Positions 35,487 to 47,600 of a DNA stretch of 64,000 bases are shown here, one piece after another. The stretch comes from a virus: the IMG/VR virus record IMGVR_UViG_3300033146_004128, positions 64,001 to 128,000 of that record, one strand, 5' to 3'. Position numbers and translations under genes: made by a program. How positions within the stretch are numbered: the stretch's first letter is position 1; each line of letters opens with the position of its first letter. The notes beneath the pieces were generated by a model. That model was not told where the DNA came from and did not search any database. It saw only the letters and a program-made list of their open reading frames with translations.

Positions 35487-37724
35487 ATGATTGTAGTTCA
35501 TGGAAGATCAGAATTAGGAGAAGGTGGTAGCGGAGGGCAGTCGTTTGAGATACTGATAGATAATGATGATCCAAAGATAACCAAAGACGAGAGAAAGTCC
35601 ATAAATGACTCAGAGGTATCAACTGACCCATTCACTAGGTTTGATGCAAGTGATGCTAGTGGAGGAGTAGAGCTCACTATTAAAGGCACAGTAAAAGGAA
35701 TCGAGGGCATGTCTATAGAGAGTGCAATAGTTAGGGGATATACCCATAAAATAAAAGCACCTTCTTTTGATGTTCCATCACTAGGAAAAGAAGATTACCT
35801 TCGTGAAGTTACAGCGTTTTCATCTGCGGCTGCATCTATTTCTATAGGAAGAGGAGAGTGGCACAGTCCAAAGTATGGAAAGATAACATGCGACACGCAA
35901 AAGAATGAAAAAGAGATTGACGTTAAAGGATCAACAGAACTAAAAATGGAGGGGGAAAGCTTTGAAATAAAACTAGCCCTGACTGAGATATTTGCAAGGT
36001 TTATTGGTGACGATAGCTATGGTATCATACAGTCTGTTGACTTTAAGTTTGTTGGCACATCAACAACAGATGGATCAGTGGCAAAAACAGAGGCTACATA
36101 CGTGAACTCAGATGACCGTCCATTGACAAATGGCGTGTCCGGGCTAGATAGCGCAGATATTAACATGATAACATTTGATGACTCTATGAAAATGCTAGGA
36201 GGATGGCTTGATGGGATGGAGATATCATATCAAAAGAGACTGGTAGCAAAAACAGAAGGAATGCTATATAAAGCTCTATTTACATATAAGTTTTATGCCG
36301 AGGTATCACCGAGATACTTTAGTTCAGACATATCACGAATAGCCCTTTGTGCAGACAGGAATGGAGATCAATATTTACTGTCTAAGATCTTTACAAACAA
36401 TTCTCATTTTGGGGGGAAGAACCCAGACGTAAGCGTTACCGCACGTGGTCCAGATGTAGACGGAGACATAACAGTTACTTCTACAGGTGACAAAATAATA
36501 TTTGACACATCAGGATGTTCGACTGCAAGCGGAAGAGTTATAGGTGATCTAGTCATAGAAGGAAGCAATTACCCTTTCCACCCATTTGAGATGCCAAGCG
36601 GCATAGCTACAGGCGACCTTGTTGTTGCAGCAGTTGATTGCAAGATTGCGTATAATGGTCTTGGTAATACGGACTACTATAGAGAGTATGAGGCTCATGT
36701 ATGTGGGCTACACACATTTGACCATGCGGTAAGAGGGTTCTTAAATATAGCGTCAAAACAAAGTGTAGTAAATATACTTACCGGTCTTGTTTTTGCAGTC
36801 TATACACGAGGTATATCCTGTATTCTTATGTCACATACTCTGCCATTTATATATGGAATGATGTATCTTGAGGATCTCAGGAGACTTGGCCCTGCCGTGA
36901 CAACAGCAACACTTAGTGGTTACGATGCCGTGTTTGAAAGATTTCAACTATCTATGGCTGCCACCATAAAAGGAGTTCCTAGAGAGTTGAGATCAGATAT
37001 GGCAGAACAGTTTCTAGAAACAGTATCAGAAGAAAGAGTAGAGGCAATGTCTCATGAGCAGCAAGTTTCTTTGACTATGACGATACTGTGCGTATCTCTA
37101 AACTTCTTATTTCCAGTAAGGTCTGCATGGATGCCTGCTGCTGCAGACTATGGTGTTCCTCTAGGGTCAAATATACTTGAAAACTCAGAAAAAACAGAAG
37201 GCGGTCTTCTTACTGACGATATCAAATCAATGATAAAGAAAAATATGGCTCACAACCTATATGAGACTGCCGTAGATTGGAATGAGGTAACGGTCATAAC
37301 GCTACAGAGAGGTAGGACTGTCATACTTAAGAGGGAAGGAAGACATCAAGAGATGTATGCAATAGAAGACCCTGGGTATATGACAGGAGAATCATTGGCG
37401 AAAGATGGTGGACCCGGAACTGTAGATGATCTAACATATGTTACAATACCTGGAGAGATAGCAGATGAATGGAACGAGAAGAAGAGAAAGTATATAGGCA
37501 TCATGAACAGTCCATATTACCAATATAAGATTGATGGGTATTATGGTAGTGAAGCAGAGACAAAAATAGAGGACCAGAAAACAACAAAAACAGATCTGCA
37601 GCCAATAGGTACAGAGTTTGTAATTATCGATATAGATGCGGAGTCTGTTAAGGACAAAGACGGCACAACAGATGTCAAAATCATAAGACCAAATGAAGAT
37701 TTGCTTCTAGCTTTAAGGAAATAA
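35487..37724 (+). CDS. Large hypothetical protein (unassigned block)
   Basis: 745 aa ORF, tightly packed in the operon. Confidence 0.65.
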   Translation: MIVVHGRSELGEGGSGGQSFEILIDNDDPKITKDERKSINDSEVSTDPFTRFDASDASGGVELTIKGTVKGIEGMSIESAIVRGYTHKIKAPSFDVPSLGKEDYLREVTAFSSAAASISIGRGEWHSPKYGKITCDTQKNEKEIDVKGSTELKMEGESFEIKLALTEIFARFIGDDSYGIIQSVDFKFVGTSTTDGSVAKTEATYVNSDDRPLTNGVSGLDSADINMITFDDSMKMLGGWLDGMEISYQKRLVAKTEGMLYKALFTYKFYAEVSPRYFSSDISRIALCADRNGDQYLLSKIFTNNSHFGGKNPDVSVTARGPDVDGDITVTSTGDKIIFDTSGCSTASGRVIGDLVIEGSNYPFHPFEMPSGIATGDLVVAAVDCKIAYNGLGNTDYYREYEAHVCGLHTFDHAVRGFLNIASKQSVVNILTGLVFAVYTRGISCILMSHTLPFIYGMMYLEDLRRLGPAVTTATLSGYDAVFERFQLSMAATIKGVPRELRSDMAEQFLETVSEERVEAMSHEQQVSLTMTILCVSLNFLFPVRSAWMPAAADYGVPLGSNILENSEKTEGGLLTDDIKSMIKKNMAHNLYETAVDWNEVTVITLQRGRTVILKREGRHQEMYAIEDPGYMTGESLAKDGGPGTVDDLTYVTIPGEIADEWNEKKRKYIGIMNSPYYQYKIDGYYGSEAETKIEDQKTTKTDLQPIGTEFVIIDIDAESVKDKDGTTDVKIIRPNEDLLLALRK

Positions 37725-37725
37725 A

Positions 37726-38892
37726 ATGGCACAAATAATTAAGAACCTGCAGGGTCAGTACGAATTAGGATTAGCTCCGGATTCTATAATCCGGGCATTT
37801 GGAAATGGTGTCGGTGGAGAGTATCCGAAGCAAGTAGATGCTCAAGACAAACACTATACGGAAACTATACTTGTGACAATAACTGAAGATTTTGCAAACT
37901 ATGCAAGAGCTCTATGTTCGCAGAAGCTACACCTTGAGGATGGGTTTGGTTCTCAAGGCAATGAGGTTTCTATAATACAGGGGCTAATGAAGGCTCCTCT
38001 ACCAATGGCTCCAGTATACACAGATGTAAATGGAAGTGTCCCTCAGCTTTCCGCATCAGATATTTCAAACATGTCTACAAATCTTGAGAATGTGCAAAGA
38101 GACTTTACTTTTACCGTGTCAATTCAGGTTCCAAATGGAGGATCTTTTTCTCTTATATTTATGCCTGATGCTAGGGGGTTCAATATTATCGCAGTAGATC
38201 CATCCAAGCCCATAAGCCTAGATTATTCTCACCCATTCATATTAACAAAGCCTATAAAGACGCCTTTTGAACAGGCAGACCGACTTACTGACGGGGAAGC
38301 AACAATATCAGGAAATTTCTCTGTAGATGACGCTAGAATTTATAAGTTCTCAACAGAGGAAAGTGTAAAGTTTGGAGAAACTATATCAGGAAGTCTTTCT
38401 ACAATTAGAGGTGACAATGAATACACTGGGAGTTTCATAAGATTATATGAAGCCGTACATAATGAGATGTTCTGGAGAGAGGGGGCAAATCAAACAAAAG
38501 GTGAAATTACAGGTGATAGGCCATGGACATCAGTATTGTATGGTGTGAGTCCAGAGGGAAGAAGTATACAGATAGTAGATATAAGGGACTGTGAAAGACA
38601 AGAGACTGCTGCTCCAGGTATCAATATGATGCTAACAGGATCCGTTACATCTACTTATGTATATGGGGATATAAAATACCCTGCTGACCCAAGAATAGGT
38701 TCACATAAGCCAGTATTCGACATAATATCAGATAGTGAGGGGTGGACAAAGTATGGTCCGACATCTGTAAAGTATGTAGATGGAGAAGATGGAGATAAGG
38801 AAGCACCTATGATATTCTCATGGGAAGGAAGAAGATCATCTTCTCCAAAGATACTTCCTAGAGTAGCTGCACAACTAGAAAAATTTGAATAG
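37726..38892 (+). CDS. Hypothetical protein (unassigned block)
   Basis: 388 aa ORF with AAGGA RBS. Confidence 0.65.
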   Translation: MAQIIKNLQGQYELGLAPDSIIRAFGNGVGGEYPKQVDAQDKHYTETILVTITEDFANYARALCSQKLHLEDGFGSQGNEVSIIQGLMKAPLPMAPVYTDVNGSVPQLSASDISNMSTNLENVQRDFTFTVSIQVPNGGSFSLIFMPDARGFNIIAVDPSKPISLDYSHPFILTKPIKTPFEQADRLTDGEATISGNFSVDDARIYKFSTEESVKFGETISGSLSTIRGDNEYTGSFIRLYEAVHNEMFWREGANQTKGEITGDRPWTSVLYGVSPEGRSIQIVDIRDCERQETAAPGINMMLTGSVTSTYVYGDIKYPADPRIGSHKPVFDIISDSEGWTKYGPTSVKYVDGEDGDKEAPMIFSWEGRRSSSPKILPRVAAQLEKFE

Positions 38893-38900
38893 GAACTAAA

Positions 38901-41900
38901 ATGAGTAAGTTTATAGAAGAACATGTCAATGTTGATACGATACACAATCTAGCGAGAGTATACACAAAAGATCTAGGAAATGAAAACTGCATGGTTTCAA
39001 CTGCAGGGGTAAAGCTATCAACAAACAGATCTTTAATGCTGAGCCTTGGCATAGGAGCTACTGTTCCCGTCATAGGAGAATATATAGAGATTCAAGTTCC
39101 TGGAGGAGACTATCTTAGCATGTATGCATACTCAGTTCCAGACTCCACTAGCACTATGGGTCATATATACAGTATCGGATATGATATAGAACATCTCGGA
39201 TATATAGATCAGGAACATTGGGATGAGGATGCAACCCATGAAGACAGAGTAAATGCAGTATTTAGATTTGTAACAATGAAGAGAATGAAGGCTAGACAGT
39301 CAATAACACTAGATGGGATATCGTACAATTCTCAGGGGATGGTGCAATCAGGTGGCGCTAAAGATGTGGCAATGCCAATAACACTAGACATGGAAACAAT
39401 GAGCTTTGGAGACATCGATAGACAACTGTCTACATATAATATGGCAAAGCTATCTAGAGAGGTTTCCATTGTCAGATTCAACAAAGACAACAAATTATGT
39501 TTAACTATAAATACGGATAGAATAAACGACAACTTCATAGGCATGATTGAGTACGAGATGCTCGACTCGTCTTCTTCCGTAGAGGATTCTATAGCGAAGA
39601 AAAAGATAATTATAAATAGTTCTGTGTCTGGTCTAGTTGACATACCTGTAGTGGAAGGAATGTTCATTGATAGAGTTGTAACAGGAGATGACCTACTTAG
39701 GACTGTCGAGGTGATACAGAGCGAATGTGAGACAGCTGTAATTATTGATGATGGCACAATCTCAAAAGGTGAGTGGTTTGCGGTGAATAAGACCCAATAC
39801 AACATGAGAGTATCAATGCAAAATGGTGAAAGTGTGACACTCGATCCTTATGGAATAGTAAAGACAGGATCATCGCAGCCTCAATCTGCAGCAATCTTCA
39901 AGCCTGTATATGCAAGACCTTCAACCGTTTCAGGAAACATAGATAACGAGGTATTGTATAAGCACCCAAAAAGGTTCGAGATAACTCACGCAGGAGGATA
40001 TTTTATGTATCCTGCCGTATCTGTTATACACGGCATAGACAGTGATTCGCTCGTATATGTAGGGAATGCGTCCGGTGGTGGGTATGTAAATATTGGCCCA
40101 TATGAAATAGGAGCTGATATACTTGATGGAACCCATGAGATAAATCAGTTTGGTGACGGACTTGATAAGTTTTTTGCTATCAGATACAGAGGTGTAGATA
40201 TTAGATTATTGAACCACGAGGTATATGCAAAGCTTGAGTCTGATCTAGACTTTACGAAGGTTGAGCTCGGCGATGAGTTCCACTACGGATGGAGGGTAGC
40301 CACCATAGGAGACGTGGAATTTAGAGGTAGATATGACGAGCATTATGGATCAGTACATAGAAACAAGTCGTTTATGTATGAGAGCAACTATATCGTGTCT
40401 AGCGAGAGTGTAGACTCAGAAGTAATTGGGCATGTATACCCTACTGAATTTTTCAGGATGGCGAGACTCAAGAATAAGACATGTCAGACGTTTTCTGATT
40501 TTCCAATGCCAGACGGGCATGCAAACGCAAAGAATAGATACGAGGCAGGCGAAGTTACGGTTGTGTTCGAAGAAGGTGACGGATATCTATTGGTTGGTAA
40601 CAATAAAGAAGTAGAGAATGACAATATAACATACTCATGTTTGGCAGTCGGTGGTAAGTTATCAGATGTTCCTGTGGTTGTGGAGTCATTTGGCTTTGTC
40701 AGTAGAGAAACAATGCTCGGACTTCCTTCTGAGCATTTCTTGTCAAGCAGTATAAAAATGTCAAATGTTTCAAGAACAAGAAAGAGATACTCTGGGGCTA
40801 TAGAGAATATAACTTCCGAGTATCTTCTGATGTGGATAAAGCTTAGAAAAGTAGGAACAACAGAAGAGAATTTATTTGTAGAACATGAGTATGCAGATGA
40901 AAGTAGTATGCATCTTGGCTTTTCTGGGTATCTTGCCAAAGGTGGATCATGTGAAGGAAGCGTGGATCCGGTTAGTAGGCTTACGGCAATAACCAACATG
41001 TTGAAATACCCAGTATACCATGAGTCTAAAAATGGATCCATAGTTCCTAGAGAGCTTAATAGATTAGAGCTTCCAGTAAACAAGGCAGTAACTCATATGT
41101 CTGGAAATTATTATGGGAATATCAATACACATACTATTGATGGAGTCGATGGTGTTCGCATAACAGCACTATCTCTTCAGTCCCCAACAAGAGTGGTTGA
41201 TACGTCAATAATAACAGACCCTGTCGTGTTAAGATCAGACGAGACATTGTTCCTTAGGAACTCAGTAGTTGCATTCCCAGAAATAGGATTCTTTTATCAT
41301 ACCCTAGACGAGGTTGAGTTTAACGATATTATGACATACCAAAAGACAGAGATACGAGAGCCGTCCAGGAGAGGTGTTAGGATCACATGGGAAGATTATG
41401 AACTCGACGCATATTTGGAATATAGAGCTGCAGACACAAATGTATTCTCTGTCTATGAGCTAAGGAGAGCGTCATCTAGCGTAGTTTGTCACATTGAGCA
41501 AAGGTTCCCTGATGCAGCTATCGATGTATCAAAAATGAACAATGTAGATGGTTTATACGATGAATATAGAGGGGATCAGCATGCAGACTCAAATAATATG
41601 TTGCAAAAGTGTATACCTATGTACCTAGCAAATTTTCTTCTTGAAAATTATGGTCATGCACAGAACATAGCAGGAGTATGGGATGAAAGCAGTGGGATAC
41701 TTATAGATGATGCAAGCTTAGAGTTTGTATCGGAAGATGCAGAGGCAGGAGTCAGAGTTGTTCCGGTGTGCTCAGGATCTGAGCCTATGGATATAGTGGA
41801 TCACTACGCAATGCTTTCAATCATGAAGACAGGTAAGCCATACGATGTAAGTACAGAGACAAGAGTCAAGATGAGCAAGTCAGGACTCGTGCAAGGTATA

Positions 41901-42908
41901 GATGAGAACCTATTGCCTGACAGCACAGCTCTATTTGAGAACGGTGATGCCGATGCAGCATCCATAATGGTAGCTAAAAGCATATCCGAAAATATAGATG
42001 GGAATTTAGTCATGATAAGTGTTGCGCCTGTCCTTTACGGTATGCAGGGGCCATGGAAGAATCCTATAGACTATTTAGATACAAAGGAAAAAGTTATTCT
42101 TTCCGGAGACATATCATATAAGATAAAGCCGAAGAACAGACTCATTCTTGAGTTTGATGTTGGTCCTGAGAATACGTTATCTCTAAACTGCCCAGGTAGA
42201 AAATTTGATGAGATGTATAAGATGATCGATGGGTTTGTAGAGGAAGAAGTTGTGTCAGACGACAAGAAGACCCCAATACAGAGAGGAGATACAACATACT
42301 CTTTAAAATACTCCACACATGTAGGTGACAACATAATTTTGAGAAGAGACATTGTTGTGGACCTTGAGGCGTATCCAGCAAGATTGTCTTATCCCAAGAA
42401 TAATCTAATACGAGAACTCATATCTCCAATAAGAGAAGATGCTCACAGCAAGAAAATGGATGCTAGAGCAGTGTATGTCAGGTTCGACACAAGATATGTA
42501 AGTGAATCAGTAAGGTCATACTATGACAAGTTTATAGAGGCACCAACGGCCCTCACATGTGACTCTTTGCCTGAGGAAGCCATACTTAGTAGAGAACATG
42601 GAAATGATGACTCACTGTACAAGAAAAAGATGATGTCAGTTGATGGTAGCGATCTCATGAGAGTTGGAGGAAAGATATTATTGTCATTTGATAATGATAC
42701 TGATTCGGAGATAACATTAACTCCTGAGTATGACAACTCTAGATGCATGGTAAGTACAAACAAGCAAGGGATAGGGTCAATACCTATCTCAAGTGTTTAT
42801 GAGCTGTTCTCTAAGGACTTATTGTTCGCAGGGATAAGTACAGAGAACCCTATAGGAAGAGTTAAAAAAGGCAAGAAATTTGTCAACACAGAAGTGGAAG
42901 GAATATAA
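38901..42908 (+). CDS. Very large acidic hypothetical protein (unassigned block)
   Basis: 1335 aa ORF with AGGA RBS; no catalytic motif recognised. Confidence 0.65.
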   Translation: MSKFIEEHVNVDTIHNLARVYTKDLGNENCMVSTAGVKLSTNRSLMLSLGIGATVPVIGEYIEIQVPGGDYLSMYAYSVPDSTSTMGHIYSIGYDIEHLGYIDQEHWDEDATHEDRVNAVFRFVTMKRMKARQSITLDGISYNSQGMVQSGGAKDVAMPITLDMETMSFGDIDRQLSTYNMAKLSREVSIVRFNKDNKLCLTINTDRINDNFIGMIEYEMLDSSSSVEDSIAKKKIIINSSVSGLVDIPVVEGMFIDRVVTGDDLLRTVEVIQSECETAVIIDDGTISKGEWFAVNKTQYNMRVSMQNGESVTLDPYGIVKTGSSQPQSAAIFKPVYARPSTVSGNIDNEVLYKHPKRFEITHAGGYFMYPAVSVIHGIDSDSLVYVGNASGGGYVNIGPYEIGADILDGTHEINQFGDGLDKFFAIRYRGVDIRLLNHEVYAKLESDLDFTKVELGDEFHYGWRVATIGDVEFRGRYDEHYGSVHRNKSFMYESNYIVSSESVDSEVIGHVYPTEFFRMARLKNKTCQTFSDFPMPDGHANAKNRYEAGEVTVVFEEGDGYLLVGNNKEVENDNITYSCLAVGGKLSDVPVVVESFGFVSRETMLGLPSEHFLSSSIKMSNVSRTRKRYSGAIENITSEYLLMWIKLRKVGTTEENLFVEHEYADESSMHLGFSGYLAKGGSCEGSVDPVSRLTAITNMLKYPVYHESKNGSIVPRELNRLELPVNKAVTHMSGNYYGNINTHTIDGVDGVRITALSLQSPTRVVDTSIITDPVVLRSDETLFLRNSVVAFPEIGFFYHTLDEVEFNDIMTYQKTEIREPSRRGVRITWEDYELDAYLEYRAADTNVFSVYELRRASSSVVCHIEQRFPDAAIDVSKMNNVDGLYDEYRGDQHADSNNMLQKCIPMYLANFLLENYGHAQNIAGVWDESSGILIDDASLEFVSEDAEAGVRVVPVCSGSEPMDIVDHYAMLSIMKTGKPYDVSTETRVKMSKSGLVQGIDENLLPDSTALFENGDADAASIMVAKSISENIDGNLVMISVAPVLYGMQGPWKNPIDYLDTKEKVILSGDISYKIKPKNRLILEFDVGPENTLSLNCPGRKFDEMYKMIDGFVEEEVVSDDKKTPIQRGDTTYSLKYSTHVGDNIILRRDIVVDLEAYPARLSYPKNNLIRELISPIREDAHSKKMDARAVYVRFDTRYVSESVRSYYDKFIEAPTALTCDSLPEEAILSREHGNDDSLYKKKMMSVDGSDLMRVGGKILLSFDNDTDSEITLTPEYDNSRCMVSTNKQGIGSIPISSVYELFSKDLLFAGISTENPIGRVKKGKKFVNTEVEGI

Positions 42909-42909
42909 T

Positions 42910-44652
42910 ATGCTTTGGATAAATGAAGAATTGGTTAGCTACGATAAGGCTATAAATGGATTAAATTTTGATAAGCTTGGTCATGAGACTGGGCTTGGTT
43001 CATGGGGTGCACTTTTGACTGTTGAAGATAGCTTTGATACTCCACTGTCCCTATTTATAGGTCTTAAGTTTGATGTTGTAAGCATCATAACAAACAGATT
43101 TATAACCACTTTTGTAAATATACCTAGGGAGATAAAAGAGAGATCCCAAAAGCTTAGAGGAGGTAGACCATTATCTGACTCCATATCTGGAATCTCAAAC
43201 TTCATACCAGACATAGATGGTGAAAACGTGATAACATTCTATATAGATACTCATAGGGTAGACATAGATGTTGTTGAGATGTCAAATGTGCTATATAAGT
43301 ACGCAGACACAACAGAGGAGTACGCTGCACTAGCAAGAGATGTGGTGTTCTTGTCCGGTGGGAAGAGGGCATCAAGAGCAATATCTGCATCAATGCTTAG
43401 GGTGTATGATGGCAATCTTGAAAATTTTGGCTTCATATTCACTAGGAGTGGAGTAAATTTTGTTCTTAATGAGATGATGGTGGACGAGGACCTATTAAAT
43501 GATGAGATAAAGTTCACATACTGGCTAACTCCACATGACAGGGAAGAGTACTCTTTTTTTGAGAACAACAACAACGTTAAGGCTGAGGGGGGATCAGAAT
43601 TTGTAGATGGTCTTGGGGTAGAGAAGGTTTCAGGGTATGAGACAGATAAGTTATATCAATATGACAGAAGAGGTATGAGAAATGGATACTATGATATCAC
43701 TGTTGAAAATCCACTAATAAATTCAGGATATACAGATGGCACCATAGAGGTGCATGACACATTCCAGTATACAAAAGATACCGGGGCAAGGATACATAAG
43801 CATAAGGCAGGTGTAGAGATAGACGCTGGATACCAAGATCATACATCGAAAGTTCTGTCATCTCTTGTCCCTGATGAGGGAACCGGAGATAAGCTATCTA
43901 AGATATCACAGATATTGACTCCAATATTCAAGCTAGGCGCACTAAAAATGATGAAAGACGGATACAATGGAAGCTTTACCGACACATTCAATAGCACAGT
44001 GACAGGTGTCGTAATAGATGCTGTCCTTGAGGCTATAGAGCTCACTAGTGAAGAGATACCAGACTCAACAAAGACATATGTATCGAACAATATAAAGGAT
44101 ACCCTAGTCATCCCGTTGGCAATGATGAATAAAATGCATTCATTTGAAGACATAGATGTTCAAAGTATTTATGAAAGTATTGTTTTTATCTATCATCCAG
44201 TCATAGACAAATTTGTGTTTTACGAATTTGGGCAGAATGATCCTGCCATTGTAACAGAGGACTCCATAATATTCACATCAGATGGTACACGATATGGGAT
44301 AGACATGTCAGGCAATGACAATGAGTTTATATGGTCAAACTTCAAGAAGAAATTTAGGCTTGATTCATCAAGATGGATAAACGCATATGGTGAGGTTTCC
44401 GATAATGATACATTTGTAGAGGAGAGTAGCAGAAGTCTTGAACCATTGTATAGTGTACTAAGTAAAGAGGATTCTGGAGTTCCATATTATGATGACCTGA
44501 CATTTGAAGGAAAATCTGCTAAAATTATGGTAATAAACAAAAAAGATATTCGAGAAATCGTTAGGAAAACACATGGCGAAGTTGCCGGTGAATATATCCT
44601 TGGTTTAAAGACAGGTGATGTAGAAATTGTAAGGGATGGATTATGGATGTAA
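42910..44652 (+). CDS. Hypothetical protein (unassigned block)
   Basis: ORF track 42880-44652. ATG 42910 has an AAGGA RBS and follows the upstream stop. Confidence 0.65.
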   Translation: MLWINEELVSYDKAINGLNFDKLGHETGLGSWGALLTVEDSFDTPLSLFIGLKFDVVSIITNRFITTFVNIPREIKERSQKLRGGRPLSDSISGISNFIPDIDGENVITFYIDTHRVDIDVVEMSNVLYKYADTTEEYAALARDVVFLSGGKRASRAISASMLRVYDGNLENFGFIFTRSGVNFVLNEMMVDEDLLNDEIKFTYWLTPHDREEYSFFENNNNVKAEGGSEFVDGLGVEKVSGYETDKLYQYDRRGMRNGYYDITVENPLINSGYTDGTIEVHDTFQYTKDTGARIHKHKAGVEIDAGYQDHTSKVLSSLVPDEGTGDKLSKISQILTPIFKLGALKMMKDGYNGSFTDTFNSTVTGVVIDAVLEAIELTSEEIPDSTKTYVSNNIKDTLVIPLAMMNKMHSFEDIDVQSIYESIVFIYHPVIDKFVFYEFGQNDPAIVTEDSIIFTSDGTRYGIDMSGNDNEFIWSNFKKKFRLDSSRWINAYGEVSDNDTFVEESSRSLEPLYSVLSKEDSGVPYYDDLTFEGKSAKIMVINKKDIREIVRKTHGEVAGEYILGLKTGDVEIVRDGLWM

Positions 44653-47600
44653 AATCAACGCACACAGAGCAGGTGGCTGAAGATGCTCTATGGAGAATAA
44701 AACAAGATACGTTTTTTAGGATAATGGATCAAGTTGGCCAGATACATGTAGACGACCAGATACCTCCATTGATGAAGAATATATCTCTATATCTAGAGTC
44801 AGATGCTGATAATACGTTCATCCAGACAAAGTTCCAAGGAATATATAGAGCTACAAGATATAATGTCACCATCCGTGAGTTTTCAAAATTTGATGACAAT
44901 AACTGGGTTGTATACATAGACGTATATAATATCCCAGACATAAAGGACGGTGTTGTTACAGACCTAAATATAGAGAACTCTTTTGCTCAGATAGAGGCCT
45001 TTACTATTGGTGCCGTAGACGGAGTCATAATGATTGCCCCACGAGAGGCAGAGAGATTAATAGCTATCACTGAAGACTTTGAGACTAAGAAGTTGAAAGT
45101 GTGTCTAAAAGAGCTCCGGGAGTTCATGGCTCTTCAGGAAAATAGAAATGGGTACAAAACAGATCAGTTTGATGACGAAGTTTATATTATAGATTCACCT
45201 GCTCCTATGTTCGCAAAAGATACCGTAATGTATAGAGATTCAGACTATGTTGGAATGTGGATATCCTTTGGAACATTGTTGAAATTCGATCTTAGGAATC
45301 TAAATGTGTTTAACATAGATGGAGTTAAGGTAGGTGCTGTGGATATAGGTTCCGGATCTCCGCAAATAAATGCACTAAAATTACTTAGCAACTCTGCATA
45401 TGGATATGCATCAATACTGTTCGACAAGGAATCGTTATTCTCAAAGATAATGGATTATTCAAGAAGATATGTGTATGAGACAAACATGGAAGATGGAACT
45501 AGAATATGTGTTGACAATATACTTGAAACACTTCAAGAGAAGGGTATACTCGGACTGTTATATGAAGATTTTGATGTCGTTAGCAACTACCCTATGATGG
45601 CATTTGACGAAGTAACTGGTGAAGTAAAGAAGATACTCAGCACAATGATAAAGTTTAAATATAGAAATGAGTATATATACATGGTTCTGGATATGCCAAA
45701 TAATAAAATGTACTTTGCATCATACGCAGGACGCATACAGGACTTCTACAACAGTAAGTACGAGTATAATGTCAAGATAATGAATGATATGTGGATAACA
45801 AAGGTAAATGACATCAGTCCTGACAACTTTATTTTGTTTACCGGCTTTCCTAACTTGCAACACAATAAAGTTATAGACATATACTTCGATGACACTATAG
45901 AGACATTTAGTGACTTGGACAAGAGCTTCTCTATTGATGTTACTGAGTTCGACGGATTTTATAGGGACTCTGTACTGCACCCAAATGAGGAAAGCTATGA
46001 TAGAAACACTGACCTTGTACATTCGTATGGTAACAACCCATTCCCTTTAGTGTCAGGACTTATTGCATATCAACCAAAAGATTATGTTGGTCGCACGCAG
46101 AGATATGAACTTGATACACATGCAGAGCCAATAATAACTACATTTATAGACCCTGAGAATAAAGCAGCATACCTGATGGTTCCAGGAGTAAAGACAAACT
46201 GTCTCGTAGATAAGATGGACACACCTATAGGAGCACACGATTTTATCAACAACTATATGGTAAGATGGTTTAAGGGAGAGGATGTTGACGAGTGGATAAA
46301 AGAGGCAGAGCAAGGCGGATTCGCCCATATGGTTCGCAGAGCATATTATAATAATGGATGGACTATTGTAAAGACAGGTGAAGATACCTACTCTACACTG
46401 AAGCTAAATTCTACTAGGCTTATGTATGTATATAATGGAGCTGTCGAGCACCTATGCTACCCAGAAACACAAATTCTTGTTGATATGGCAGAAAAGCTAC
46501 GGGAAAACATGTCTGAAAGTGAAGTAAAGCAAGAGGTAATGGCCCAGGCAAGTAAAGTTGCTGACAAGATAACTGCTAAAGTTATGACTCAGATAAGAGC
46601 CATAGATACGCAATTTATCCAAGAAATAATGGAAAAGTCAAACCAGGTAGTATCTGTTGTTGACTACGCTACTCCAAGATTCGACTTTGATAGGTTCGAA
46701 GATGCGGACAATATCTACGTGAACAATGCTCCTTCTGGGCCGGTTCTTAATCATGCTCTTCTTTTTGAAGACACATTCCACATGATGCAGCAAAAAATGA
46801 AGTCTGAGTACTTTGATGATATGGGATTTGAAATTCTACCAGCAGAGGTATATTGCCCTTACTTCAAGGGTCTAGTTGCTGAAAAGTCTGGCGATATCAC
46901 CCACATAGAAGTTACATCAGATATGTCAAACTCTATAGAAATACTGAAGAATAAATCCATAGGCATAAGGCTAAAGGGGGACAGTATATCTAGAGAGGGC
47001 ACAATAAATGTGGAGGGCAATGTGTTTAGCGTAAAGGATGCCTATACGAAGAATATAGAGCTAAATTACTTTGGAGTAAGGACCATAAACGGAGAAGACT
47101 TCAATATCTATAAGCTAACAACATTCACAACGATGTCCGATGCAGTAAGAGATGCATATGCTGCAGGATTTACGGAGTTTACGCAGAAAGCATCAGAAGA
47201 TGCAGGTGTAGATTACGAGGAGCAGAAGAGATACATACATGGCATAATGGGTATAGACTCTTCGCCTACAGAAATAGAGGTTCCGCCAATTCCTTCAGGG
47301 CAGCCACTATATATTGCAAACATAGAGAATAAACTTATGGTATCTCTAGACGGGAATTCATTTATGGATGCACCTATTGGTTCTGATGGGGTAGAGTTGT
47401 CAGCAAGAATAACAATAGAGGATAAGGTTAGATTTTTGTCTATGCTGAGGAATATTGTAAATGCTGACAAGAATAGTGTTTCGTTCAAGCTTTCTTATGC
47501 GGAGGCTCATGTTGCTGACGATGTGTATTCTGTTGGTGTTAAAGAAATGTGGATAGATCATACCGATATTCTCACTAGAGGAACGGTTTCTGTCACCGCA